From: Amoebophrya sp. A120 | Taxonomy: Eukaryota; Protista; Dinoflagellata | Length of the DNA stretch: 64,000 bases | Reading direction: 5' to 3' | NCBI GenBank assembly: GCA_905178155.1 | Contig: CAJINV010000008.1 | Span: 3,555,292 to 3,619,291 of the forward strand | In this document: in pieces, positions 11,601 through 23,600 of the stretch | Numbering within the stretch: the stretch's first letter is position 1 | Layout: each line of letters begins with the position of its first letter | Translations under genes and position numbers: made by a program | The notes under the pieces: generated by a model | The model's input: only the letters and a program-made list of their open reading frames with translations | Databases searched by the model: none | Told to the model about the DNA's origin: nothing

Positions 11601-14600
11601 GCAGGCGACAACGGGCTCGGGCCCCGAAGCAAAAAGCAGAAGCTTGCGCATGCGGTCGGGAAAAAAAACCTTTTCTTCGAGTTCGAAAAGCTGCCGGAAC
11701 CATCGGGGAACACCCCGAAGCGTGGGCGGCCGAAGAAGAACCCTCCGGACCCCCTCGCGTTGCTGGATGGTGACGCCGTCGCAGGTACTTTAAGTATAGT
11801 GGATGAATCGATAATCAAGTAAATGGATATCAATCATGAAAATGAAAATCGACGAAAATCGATGGCGGTGTGAATAATGTATCCAGAACTCTCAAGCTTC
11901 AGCAAAAGGGTCTCGGTCTCAGTATCGTAGTTGGAAATCAATCATAAAAGAGGTGCGTCGCAGTATGAGCTCATCAATTGGGTATGTCAGTGCAAAGATG
12001 CCGGAGCGTCGTCCATAGTGTACAAATAAATCGCGCGCCATGCCTTTTTTGGCTACCAGTAGCACCTTGCGCCGATGCTTTTCGTGAATGATCGCGCGTG
12101 CCCTAGACTGAAAAAAGCGGCGCCGTCGGGGGAGGGGCTCCCGGCCCAGCCCTCCGCAGGGGGGCCGCAGCGCGCCGTCGTAAGAGCCAGCGCATGGCGG
12201 GCGCGGTTTAATTGAGCGCCACTGAGTGTCTGTAGGGGCCGCTAGCGGCGGCGGCATTTGTGGCCGTGAAGTGGCAGCGCTCTCCCTTCTTATCGCCCCC
12301 CCGCCTGCCGGCTAGCAGGCGTCGTAGTAGATGGGGCGAAGGCTGGGGTGTGTGTCTTTCAAATTGCGGCGTCCCGCATTCGGATTTTGCCCTGCGAGGT
12401 CCGAATGCGAGTGCAAACAATGGCCCAGACAAGGAGACTGCGATGGTTTGCATTGCTTGCCTTCCCCGCACCAGCGGAAGCTGGAACTTCGACTCTTGCG
12501 GCAGAGGCGAAGTTCCGGCTTAGCTTCGCCTTTTCGACAGAGGCGAAGTTCCGGCTTCCGCTGCGGAGAAGACAAGCAAAGCAACCTCCTTGAAGAAAAG
12601 AAAAGCTTGCGCTGACTTTCACGCGGCGGAAGTACAGACTGCGCCTCCTGCGAAAGCGGCGAAGCTGCAGTTCCGGCTTTCGTTGTGGGGAAGAGGGCGA
12701 GCAAAGTAACTTATTTGAAGAGCAAAAGAGCTTGGGTTGACTTTCGCGCCGCGGCCGCCGGAACTTCGCCGCTGTCGAAGGAAGTGCAGGAAGCTCCGGC
12801 TCCCGCAGTGTACATGTTGAAGCCGGTCGTCTTCCAATATTTTGCGCGGACGCCCGTCCGCGCCGATCGGTGGGCTGGCACAAAATGCCATCAGGTGCTT
12901 GCCGAAGCCCTTCATAGTTCCTCGCGTAGCTAGCAGTCGTGGCCGGTTTGCGGGCCTTCAGCAGCAGCTCCCGTTCCGTATCCCCGTACTGCCGCTCCGT
13001 TGGCTTGCGGCTGGGGACGTTGAAAGCCGCCGTCGTTCGCGCGGCATCGTCGTACTTCACCTCGGCGCCCTGATTCGTGGCCCGCTTCAGCATGGTCACG
13101 GTGAGGTCGTGGGTGAAAGCAAACACGATGCTACTGCCGTGCTGGCGGCCCTACGGCCGGAGAGGTTCATTGTCCGGACTACCATCGGGGGCAGCAAAGT
13201 TCCAGAAAAATGCGACGCTTTGCGATCTCTCTTAGCACTGTTGCGGTTACGCCAAACGGCTGCACCGCTGTAAAAAGGCTGACTTATACTGAAAACCAGC
13301 CATCGGAAAAGACCCAGAAAAATGGACCGTTAGCCCCTGTCTAGATACGAGCCCACGACTGGCGTCCTTTAGGTAGAAACTGAAGCGCCCTTTACAAAAA
13401 TACGGAAAGACATAGCCTCCCGCCCTGTCTAGATAGGAACGGAGGCCCTTTTCAGGCGCGGGGAGATCAATATTCCCGGACTTTCCAGGAAAATCCTGGC
13501 AAATCTCGCGCCCCCGGGCGTACTCCAACGCTCACGCTCCACGCGCTGTAGAGCTTGCTTGTCTTCCCCGCAGCGGAGGCCGCAACTTCGGCTCTGTCTA
13601 AAGAGGCGAAGTCCCGGCTTCCGCTGCGCGGAAGGGAGGCAGGGCAAAGTGTGGAACGACTTCAACCAAGACAGAGCAGCTGCAAAACTTGGATGAATAA
13701 AGGACAGGAGCAGTGACATTCTGAGACAGTAGCACTTAGGGCGAAAAATAGGCTACCACTACCCGCTGCGCTTTTATTTGCAAAGCTTTTTCACTTCGGA
13801 TTTTGGATGACCGTTTCGAAGCCACGGGGGGCGTGGCGTTTACAGAGACGCGAGCAATTCACTCCCAGGTCTACCCCTGCTAGTTGCGGACGATCAGCAG
13901 CAGGACGCTCTATGCGTGGCAGATGTGTCTATGTCTGGCGCTGCGAGATCTGGACACGACAAGAGTTGCGCATTCTTCAGAGGATGCGTCAGCTTTTTCT
14001 TTTTGCTCGTTTCGAAGGGTTTCCGGTCATGGAAAACGCGGTAGATCTACAGCGTAGTTTTGCATGACGCCTGCTTCACTGCCTTCTTCAATCAGACCCA
14101 GACGCATTTGCATCGGATACGCCGATGGAGGTCGCAATGGCGCCGCGGCCGACAGCGAATCCGATGCCCCGGCTTTGACGGTGGAAGTCACCATTTCCGC
14201 GGGGTGGCAGCAGGACCTTGGCGGTGCCCGAAAGGCTATTTTAGAACGAATGGCGGCGGAAGCCGGCGGGCTATGGACCGTGAAGATCACAGCGGAGACG
14301 GGGCAGACGACGGTCTTCTGCCGTAATTGCCTCAGCATAGCGAAGGGCGGCGAGCGGGAGTGTAAGTACAAGCTGACCGGGACGATGCCAAAGGGCAACC
14401 GGGGCGGGACCCTCGAGCTGACGGCGAACAACTTGAAGCATGGCACGCGCTTGCCCGGTGACCGCGCGGGAGCTCGCCGCCGGGCACTGCAGATCTCGGC
14501 CGCGAATCCCGAGATGGCCGCTGGCTCCATCGAGACCATGATGTACAACGAGACTGGGATATTTCCACACGTTGGCGATGTTCGCAGTGCTGTCAAGGAT

Positions 14601-17600
14601 GTTCGGAAGAAGTTGCAGTCTAAAAATGCAAAGACCGTTGCTGCCATCATGGACTTGGCGAAGGGCAACCCCGTGCCCGCGGCTCCATTTGACCTCTCCA
14701 ACCTTTCGCCGGCTCCGTATTGTTTCCTTCTCGAAGAAACAGGCTGCTACTGGACGAGCGACCTGCTGCTGGCCGTTTTCGCGTTTTACCATTCTGTGGC
14801 GTTGGGACAAGATCGCAACCCGCATCAAATAAAAGCAATCCACGCGGGTGATTGTTGCCATGCAGACACGACGGCGCAGGAGGGTCGGCCAGCTATGAAA
14901 TTTGCCGCGGTCCCGATACTATGGATTGCAAAAGTGTCTGGGCCTGGAAAGAATGGAATGCGTGATGTTACATTTGGATTTATTTTTATAAAAAATCTGT
15001 ATTGGATGAGCAGCAGCAGAAGCCTAGTTTTTTCTACGGGAAGAGGGCACTTCTCATGCGGGATAGGCATCAGGACGGCCTCAAGAAACCTGTGATGCTG
15101 GGGCAGACATCGCAGACATCTATCTTGGGTCATGCAAAATGTGCATGACAAACCTCGTATCCTTCCAGACCAAGACATTTTTGCATTTGATAGATACGGA
15201 AAACCCCGGAGGGAGAGTATTGCCTGACCGAACTGGTCGGGTTTTTAGCGTGGGTCGTCGAGGAGCAGACTGCTACTTACGAGGTGGGAATGCAGAGCTT
15301 TCTGCGTCTTCTGGAGAGCCGTTGCGGTGTTTCGGCGCTCAACACTGCCGTCGCGGCCTGGGACGGAACCCCAACAATTAGCCAGGCTCTGTTAGACCGT
15401 GTCTACCGCCCCGGGAAGAGCGCAGCGGCGTTGGTTTCCAAAATCGACCCGATGAAGGCAGTTGCGACGAAAGGCAAGCGACCGGGGGAGGGAATAAAAA
15501 GCGAAGCGGATCCGTTTTTGAGCGACGCGGAGTCCCTTTTCGATGAAGATGGTGGCGACTTTGTGGACCCCGGCACGCGTCCGATCCTGAGAAGGGATTT
15601 GCCACATATCGAGAGGACAACGGTGAAGCATAAAGTCGGGGCGTGGCAAGGCGTATGGCGCTGGCTTCCGTTCATATTGGACCCACGCCTTTTTAGTGCC
15701 GCGGCCTGCCTCCTCCTGCAGCGCGTCCGCAGCCGAAAAGAAAAAGACTTCCGCTACCTCTTGGGCACCAAATTCGACACGCTGCCGGATGGGACCTTTG
15801 TCGCGAAGAGCGGTTGGTGCACCGGAATGACTGGCATGGACTTCAAGACGCCCCGGCCCCCGTACGCGGAGCAGACGACCGAACGCGCCTGGGGTGTTGA
15901 ACAGATGCAGAGGGACGCGGCGAGGAAGGCCAAGGACCCAATCCAACACTTCGGCGTGGAAACTGCCAAACACTACCGCAACCGAGGGTATGTCGAGCAG
16001 CAGTTGCGTTACGAGACTGGTCCCGCCGGGAACGCCGTCCCCAAACCGACGGGCCGATACCTGTTGCGGTGGGATGCGCCGCTCGTGGCCGAGGTCGCGG
16101 GGCACTCCAAATCCGTCATCAGCTGCAAAAAGAAGGCGAGCGTCCGACATTTCGCCCCCGGCAGCAGGTTGGGAGAACAGTACAAAGAGCTCAGCGGGGA
16201 ACAGCTCCGGGACCGTGTGGAAAAAGGCGAAATAGAGATCCACGAGCGCTTTCTCGGGGAAGATGAAGAATACCTTGTTACAGTCCTCCCGAACTACGTC
16301 CATTCGAAACAAAAAAGCGCCCCGGCGCCGCCGAACGCCCTTTCGCTTGATCTGGCATGCTGGTTGTTGACGACGGATTGCTCCCCCGGGAAGCCGAACT
16401 ACAAACCCCTGAGCGACTACAGGCCCGGAACAGCCGAGGCGCGGCACCACTGGAAGAAGGTGCGGAAGCTGATGGGCGAGTTCCGGGAACTCCAGCGGAA
16501 AAAGCAGCAGGAGGGCCAGGCAGTTCCTGTAGTGGACTTCGATGGCTTGGGTGGTGGGAACCCAGAGGCCGGGGAGGCGGGTTCCGGCGAACCTCCGCAG
16601 GAAGATGCGGCGGAAACGGCCGCGGAAGCACAGCAGGCCGGTGGCGAAGCTTCCGGAGGACCTGCGGAAGGGTTCCTGCCCGCCGCGAATGCAAAAGCCG
16701 CTTCTGGTGATTCCTTCCGCGAGCAACGTGTGGGTGTGGACGCCACTGTGCATGCTGCCGGCAATACCAACAACAAAGAAGTGATGGACTCGGACGTGCC
16801 AGACTCAGAAGCATCGGGGGACGACCCGCACGGGCCGCCGCTTGATCATGCGGTGAAGAGCAGTAAGGAAACGAGAAGCCTGTTCTTCGCCCAAGTACTG
16901 GGGAAGAAGAACATGAAAGCGGCCGGGCTCGGTTTCAGTTCGCAGCGTGCGGAGCCGAAGGGCAAGAGGATGGGCGCAAGTGGTGGAAACGATGACGGCC
17001 CCGCCTATCAAATGCAAAAGTGTCTGGGTCTGGAAGATTGCGAGACTTGTCATGCTTGTCTGGCATGACAAAAAAGTTTGTGATGCGTGTCCAAGAAGTA
17101 GAAGAGACCCTTTTCCGCCCTTCTGCCTGTCATGCAAAAACGCAGTTTCTCATGCGAAAAACGTAACAAAAAGAACTACAGATATTTCTCATGCTTGGCT
17201 GCGCATTACAGAGCATTCACTGTTCCCAACACAGCGTTACAAGTTTCCAGACCCAGACATATTTGCAGTGCATACCGCCGCATACGATCCGAAAAGATTG
17301 CAGTTGATGGCCGTATCTGCTGATTGGGTGTTTGGGTCTGGAAAAGTGCCGATGTCGAGTCGGTCTGTGCATGCTTTCGGTCGTATGCAGGATAGTGATT
17401 AGGGTGTGAGAGTCGCTGGCGTGGTCGCTTCCTGACTCGACATCCTCCAGGCGGTGCGACCATGTCATGTGCTCAGCTGGCATCTGCGTGATGTCATGTA
17501 ATCTTTCACTTTGCATCTGCACTGCTCTTCCAGGCTCAGACACATTTGCGGCCCATACTCGACTGGTGATGACTTCGACGCACAGCTGGCAGACGATGGA

Positions 17601-20600
17601 AAGTATTCTTTCGGCGAGGAAATTCAAATTTTGGGAGGTGGCGGCAGTACTGACGCGCGGGGTCCGAAGGCAGGCGCTGTGATGGCAAAACGCGAAGAAA
17701 CCTCGCTGAGTGAAGATTCCCTGTCCGAGAATTCTGAGGATGACTTGGAGGCGCTGAAGCTGAAAGAGCGAATCCGAAAACTGAAAGCGAAGATGAAGGA
17801 GAAGCAGGAGCGTCGTCGGCGGCGCGATGCGGAGCCGGGTCGTTTGGAGCTCCCGACCACAAGCAGCGGGCACGGTCTTGGAGTCTCTGGCGCCGTCGGG
17901 ATAGAGGACGGCGAGATGCAGGACGTCGAGATGCAGGACGTCGAGATGGAGGATGTCGAGATGGAGACGGGGGACGACCCCGACGTCGAGACCCTCGACC
18001 AAAAGCCTCCCCCGACCACATCTACGTCGCTGAGTGCCGGAGCGAAATTTGCGCAAGCCGCCAGAGCGAAGCTGACGCACAGGGACGTGCTGGGGATCCG
18101 GGTAAAGGTTGAGCTGGTGGAAGTTCTTCCGGAGAAACCGGCGGACGAGGGCAGTGCCGCAGCTGCAGCCAGTAGAACAAGCGTTGCAAACACGACGGGA
18201 ACTGGTGCAGACGCTGCCACTGCAGAAGCGACGAAGATGACGCCGGAGCTAATAACTTTGAAGCCAGTGCAACTATCCGGAACGAAGAAAAAGCCCTCCT
18301 CCCCATATCGAAGTCGCAATATGTGATCCAGATTTCCACAAATCAGCTTTACCATACTAGAATGAAGGGAGCAGATGCATTCCTCAAAACCACACTTGTG
18401 CCGTAGCGCGTACGTCGCGCCTTGTCCGCATCTAAAGCCGCGGCTTGCGCGCCTTGTCCGCGTCTAAAACTGCGGCTTGCGCTCGGCTCTATATGTTTGT
18501 AAAGCGGCCGAATCCTGTTTCTTGTTTCTCTTTCGCCTAGTCCTCTGCTGACCTTATCTTGATCACCTCGCGCCAGATACCATCACAGTAGGCAGCACAC
18601 CAAACGCCGCCGCTCTGGTCCATTTTTCTGGAACTTTGTAAGTCTAACCGGCGCGCCTTGTCCCCATGCTATGGTGGACAATTCGCGCCAAGTAACGTAG
18701 AAAGCAGTAGGAATGTGGCTGCAAAAGTCTGGAACCTGAAGAACCCTTGCTCCAAGTCTTCAAAAGTAGTGCTGCGACTTTCAAGCTTAGGCCTCGCCTT
18801 GTCCCCCTCTGTTTCTGGTCTCGGGCTCCTCTTCACAGGGATACGGACCAGGGCCAGGCTTTCCGTTGTCGGCAAGGCGGGAACGTCGTGTCTCGTCGCG
18901 GAACGGTGCCGCTACCGGCCGGCGACGTCCACTGTTCGTCTCTAGACACGGCGGCGTGCTCGACTGGGCTCGCAAAGGTTCTCGCATTATGCTCAAAAAG
19001 TTGCGCGCTAGGCCGTTCCGGAACACAAACGCGGTCGCCGGGCCCGACAGCGTGCTACTATGCTTCTACGGTATACGAAGCAGTGAACTATTGCGGTAGA
19101 AGCGCGCTTGTTTGTAGTCCGAGCGAGGTGCTCGAGCGTCTGAAGCCCTTCTGTAGTCAGACAGCATTCTGTAGTCAGAAACGGCGCTGGTGTTCCTTCG
19201 AGCGTCTGACCTATGTGATTGATCGGTGTTCTCCGTCGCGCGGAGGAAAGCAGCATCACAAATTTTGGCTTCGTTACGGGAAGGGGGGCGCTTCCTCACA
19301 ATAGCAACCGAAAATCACATTCCAGCGCCTTCCTACCGAAGAGGAAAAGGAAGCTGAGGAGGACGAGCGCCCGGCTGTTCTTGCGGCGCCTTCGGCTTTC
19401 GAATACTGGCGCGAGCTTTACCCGTATCTGAAGATGAAACTTTTCAAGAGCGCGATTCTCGTGCCGTTCAACGACGACGACAAGTTTGACTTTCAGGAGG
19501 GCCGCTCCCTCCGCGCCGCGCTGGTCGATCTCGGTGTCGACGCGGACGACATTCTGCTAACCCTGGGCATCCCCGCGAGATTGTTGCAGAAACCGGTGCA
19601 GTGGGTGGACAAGGAGAAGTTCGAAAAACATCTGCTGCAAATTGCGCCGAGGCCTCCCCTTGGGGAGAACCCAAACCACGACGGATCTCTGCAGGCGGAG
19701 GCTGAGTTGAATCGGGACGAAGACGAGGTCATTTGCGATTCCGCAAGCGAGAGCGCCAGTGCCAGTGAGGGGGAGGAAGATGACAACTGCTCGCCATTCC
19801 ACTCCGTTCAGTTTCTCCGGGACTTCGGGTTAAATTGTGCGGTCGTCGTCTCTATTCATTGCAAAAGTGTCTGGGTCTGGAAGAATGTGGGATCTGTGTT
19901 TGTCATGCTAGTCGGGCATGACGCTGGGCTTTGCATTGCGTGGCCAGCAAGAGCTCCTCTTGTCATCGTCTGTCATCTTGTTATGCGGAATACGCAACAC
20001 GGAGCCAAGGATAAATCTGTCATGCCTGGCGATGCGTTACAGTGTGCTTTATTTAGATTTTCACTGAAATGCATCACAAATTTCCAGACCCAAACACCTT
20101 TGCAATTGATAGCCTCCAAGGTCGAACGGGACCCGCGCACCAATGAGGTGATCAGGCTTAAGGCGAAGGCTTGCAGTTGTCCCAGATCTTTGCATATCTG
20201 GTTGGACTGCAAGCACACATTTTATACCGACACCTGGACGGCGGAAAAAGACCCGAAGGGCAAGCGCGGCCGCAGGAAGGGGACGACCGACGCGCAGAAG
20301 GGCGCGGAGACCTTCCTGGAGGGTGTTGCGGTTGCGCGCGCCAAGGAGAAGGACAAGAAAAAGGCAGAGGAGGAAGCCGCCGCGGCGGCAGCAGAGGCGA
20401 AGGAAAGGAAGCCGCTGAGAAGAAAGGCAATGGGGTGGAAGGAGATGAACCTGCAGAAGTACGCTCTCCAGTGCCCCGACCCCCCGACGCCCTGGACGGC
20501 CCTCGCGCGGCCAATCTTCAAACGCTGGCTCGATGCGGGTTTTTCGTTGCGGCTCTTTCAGGTACATGCTGTTTTGCTTTTTCAGTTGGGGTAACATGAA

Positions 20601-23600
20601 TCTCGAGCAGCAGCCTCATCGCGACTATATAATTTCCAACGCGAACAAAGTGACTCGCGCAGAGCGCCATTCTCTTTTCTTCAATGAAAACGCCCTGTGT
20701 TTTCTATCAGTCTCACCACGCTGAACATGCAGCGCAAATACCAAATAAACAGGTTTCCCAGGCCGGGATCGGCTTGAGAATGTTCACCAAGGCGACGCAG
20801 TTTGGAAGCTACGCCGAGGCCACGGAAGTCCAGGCGGTTGCCAAAGGTCTGCTGAAGCAGAAGAAGGAAGGCTTGTTGGAGGAAGAGGATGCGACGCAGG
20901 GCGCCGACTTTGCCGATGTTGTCAGGGCCGTCGTGGACACGTTGAACAGACCCAGCGCGCACGACGTCATCTCCCACCTGCTTGCGGAGGGCGAATCAAG
21001 GAGCAAGACTTATTATGGCCACTACAAAGGCTGCACGGGCCCGAAGTTGCGCGACGTCCTTGGGCAGGCCGTCAACTGCTTGGTCGCCATCAATGTTCTC
21101 GCCGTCCAGCACCTGAAATTTACGGACAGTCGCCAGCGGCGCGTGGAATATGATGCCCTTTTTGTCCCCCTCCGGGAAGCAGCAGCGTCTTCGTCGAAGC
21201 CAGCCGGCAGGGGACAAGGCAAAGCGCCAGCTGCGCAACCGCCGCCGCCAGCTGCGCAACCGCCGCCGCCAGCAGCTTCCTCGAGCCGCAACAGCCCGAA
21301 CATCTCCACGGACACCGGTGCCAAGAGTAAAAATGCCGGCGCGGTGATATCCTATGGAAAAGCGCACCCATTACAGAGCGTGTGCCTACACCCGTGCTGT
21401 CATGGTCTAGGGAAGAAGTAGGCGCATCTTTGTCATGTGTGTGGGCTCCTGAGTCGAGACATTGTTCTCCTTGCAGTGGGTGATCTTCTTCAGAGCGGGA
21501 ATCTGTTTGCATGAAGATTTCATTTGCAATGGCATCCCTAGCCCCCAAAAAGAGATCGCAATCTGTAGAGTGGGCGCTTTCTCTTAGAGGATACCGAAGC
21601 AGCAGCTCCTCCGTTGTCCCCGCCCAGGCGAAAAAGGCTCCGGTCGTAAGTGGTTCCAGGGGTGCTGTGTTTCCAACGAGTTCAATAGGTCCGTTCCCGG
21701 CGGCCGGCTCCAGTGCCGGTGCGTGTAGTACTATCGTAGTGCTTTTAGATTGCTTTCCAGTAGCTGTCTGCTGTAGCATCAAAGAGTTTTTCCATCGTCC
21801 ACACTCTAGCGGCACAATTTTCCTGGCTCGCGCGAATTTATTGCGTGTGATAGTTTGCTATGCCGTTTGCAATACAAATCCATGTGTCTGGTGTCGGAAA
21901 TTAGCAAGCCTTTTCATGCTGGTCTGTATTGCGAGGCCCCGAAGAAGTCCTCCTGCTTGTCATGACAAAACGCCGCTTCTCATGCGGAGCACACATGCAG
22001 CACAGAGTGGGGCTCGCTCGCATCATACAGCACAACTTTCCAGACCCAGCAGACGCATTTGCACGCAATTTGCACTGAGCATACATCTCAACACAATAAA
22101 CAGGACAAGGCAGTAAAAGCGAGGCTGGCAAGGTCAAGTCCATTCCTAGTTCTTTCGCCAGCGGCAACATCAAGGACAGCAAGACCGCCGCTGCAAACTT
22201 CGCGGCCCCATCGGTTTCAGCGCGCCCCGGCAAAGAGGTCAACAGGACAGGCGCTGCAAGCTCCACAGCCCCATCGGTGTCAGCGCGCCCCAGCAAAGAG
22301 GGGAACAAGACCGCGGCGGCAACCCTCGGAGCTCCATCGGTGACGGCGTCGGCGCCCGACGGCGAGTAGGCGTCGGGGAGGCTTTTGATTTTGAAGTTGA
22401 CGGGAGATGTAGACAGAGCGTGCTCGTTGCGAGTCTTTACTGTGTCCTTTTTCACATTCTACCTACTTACTAACTTGGGCCATCTACGTTCATCTCGATT
22501 CATCTGCTTGTGCTCTTTATTCGTGCCTACCGCTTTCATACTCATTTACTGACTCATACTTGAGTAAGCCACTCACTCGTTATCAATCTGCTCCTCTACC
22601 ACCACAGCTTCTTTTTGTAGACGGAGTCACACTCTTCAGAGCACTTTTTTGAAGACGAATGAAAGCAGACGCAAAGGCAAAACGCCCCGCGCGACTTAGA
22701 TACAGCGACGCTATATTATTTCGTCTATGTGCCCCGTGCTTGAGTTTGAATTTTGTTGCGCTCGGGATTCTATCTCTATCCGGTTGAGGAACGAGTGCGG
22801 CGGTGTAGCTGATTCCTGTGGGGTTCTTGTTGAGGGATGGCCGACGTGCTGCACGATTGCAGTTTGCAAGGAGTACCTGCGCACCGTGAGCGGTTTGCAA
22901 GTTAAGGCGGCGCGCTTGAGAGGTGTTATAGTCGCAGTTGAGTGCCCTCTCTCTTTGGAAGGCGCCCGAGGAGGACGAAAACTTGAGAGGGGGAGACTTC
23001 TCCAGAGGGTTGCCTCCCGACGTTCCGGCTGCGTCGAGTAGTTCAGGCGACTGCTCTGTGTCGCAACTTGGAGTCGAGCGGCCGTGCCCGCACGTGAGCA
23101 GAGCTTGCGAAAAAATGAGGCGGCAGGCTATGCCATTCTGTGCAAAAACGTCCCCGCCTCGTAGTCAAGGTGGCAAATCTGCAATACAAATCCAGGCTCT
23201 GCTGGGAGATACGCATGACAAATTTGCATCTGCAGTGTCGTGTGGGTTAGCAAGGAGGGGGAGAGCCGCATCACCGCGGCGCCTACGCATCCTATTCATG
23301 GCATTTATTACAAACCCCCGAACCAACACGACTGCAAGGTCTTTTCGTGCGAAGGTTCTTCTGCAGTTTTTTCTGTTGATGCAAATCAGCATATGGGGCG
23401 GGGACGTTGTTATCCAGGATATGTGTGCTGGTTCGCTCGGGACTCAAGCAAAGCAGCAGGCCGGTTTTCTGACAGTTTGCCGAGAGAGACGGGTGAGAAT
23501 CTCGCGTGGGGGTCTGGCCGCGCATGATTGGGTACGTACGCATGAGACGAGCCGACGACGCCGTGGTGGAGGCCCAGCAACAGCAACCTGGCGCAAGAAT

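Noticed and set aside
15392-18355. Long minus-strand ORFs (453, 287 and 243 aa)
   Set aside because: Antisense shadows of GC-rich plus-strand transposase exons
19434-20594. Stand-alone SWIM-domain gene
   Set aside because: The frame is open upstream to the GCAAC TSD at 19304 and joins the transposase
11241-22369. This MULE transposase as the mobiliser of the introners
   Set aside because: Its element has a 9-bp TSD and GGT..ACC ends, while introners have 5-bp TSDs and TAT..ATA ends, and I see no shared terminal motif
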